In this document: piece by piece, positions 63,601 to 64,000 of the stretch
Numbering within the stretch: position 1 is the stretch's first letter
Layout of the letters: the number at the start of each line of letters is the position of its first letter
Source: Lytechinus pictus
Lineage: Eukaryota
Assembly (NCBI RefSeq): GCF_037042905.1
Contig: NC_087251.1
Coordinates: 42,472,001-42,536,000 of the forward strand
Reading direction: 5' to 3'
Length of the DNA stretch: 64,000 nucleotides
Made by a program: the position numbers and the translations under genes
The notes under the pieces: generated by a model
Seen by the model: only the letters and a program-made list of their open reading frames with translations
What the model was told of the DNA's origin: nothing
Databases searched by the model: none

Positions 63601-64000
63601 AAAAATATGATTTCCCCGTGACTGCCCAAAGATCCGACTCGTCTTCTGTCTAGATATTCTTGTCACCAACTTATGAAGAAATTAACCAGGCCATATATGC
63701 GTACGTCCTATCTAGGATGAAGAAGAGGGGGGGGGGGAGGGGGGTATATTATTAAGACCTAAATTTGCAAACAAGATATTCTCTACGGTGCTGCTTGTGC
63801 ACAAGTAAGACATTTAAAACATATTGTCAGTGAAAAGTTGTTGTTATTACTCCATTCTATTTTTTGTCAGTTGCTAGAATGAAATTCATTTCTTTATTGA
63901 AGAGCGAGTAGTAAAATGACAAAATTTAATCAACGATGTTATGAGTCGTGTTTTGTTGTTGTTGTTGTTGTTATGGAAAAACACATTTTAAAAACAAATC

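Overview
AT-rich, repeat-dense eukaryotic genomic DNA from an invertebrate animal. The repeat landscape looks like sea urchin or another echinoderm, which is an inference. Three protein-coding loci are supported. (1) A 4-exon, minus-strand, 453-aa class I SAM-dependent methyltransferase of the Rv2258c-like type (winged helix + Rossmann domain); exons 31467-31855, 4571-4779, 3587-3709 and 2252-2892, with a ~26.7-kb first intron. (2) MRPL14 on the minus strand, 149 aa, coding exons 48135-48217 and 46875-47241. (3) An uninterrupted 384-aa plus-strand ORF of unknown function at 60991-62145. The rest is mostly non-autonomous mobile DNA, much of it delimitable by TIRs and target-site duplications (TSDs): Kolobok-type (TTAA), hAT-type (8-bp TSD), TA-flanked palindromic MITEs, GGG-ended hairpin MITEs, two 2.5-2.8-kb TIR elements with arrays of a repeated internal motif, L2/CR1-group LINE 3' ends, tRNA-derived SINEs and a 1.6-kb compound (TAC)n tract. 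The most unusual item is a short SINE-like element at 43806-43978 whose head resembles the 7SL RNA Alu domain, joined to a Deu/Nin-like central motif that also occurs in tRNA-headed SINEs in this window. No tools were run; family assignments rest on terminal signatures and recalled motifs.
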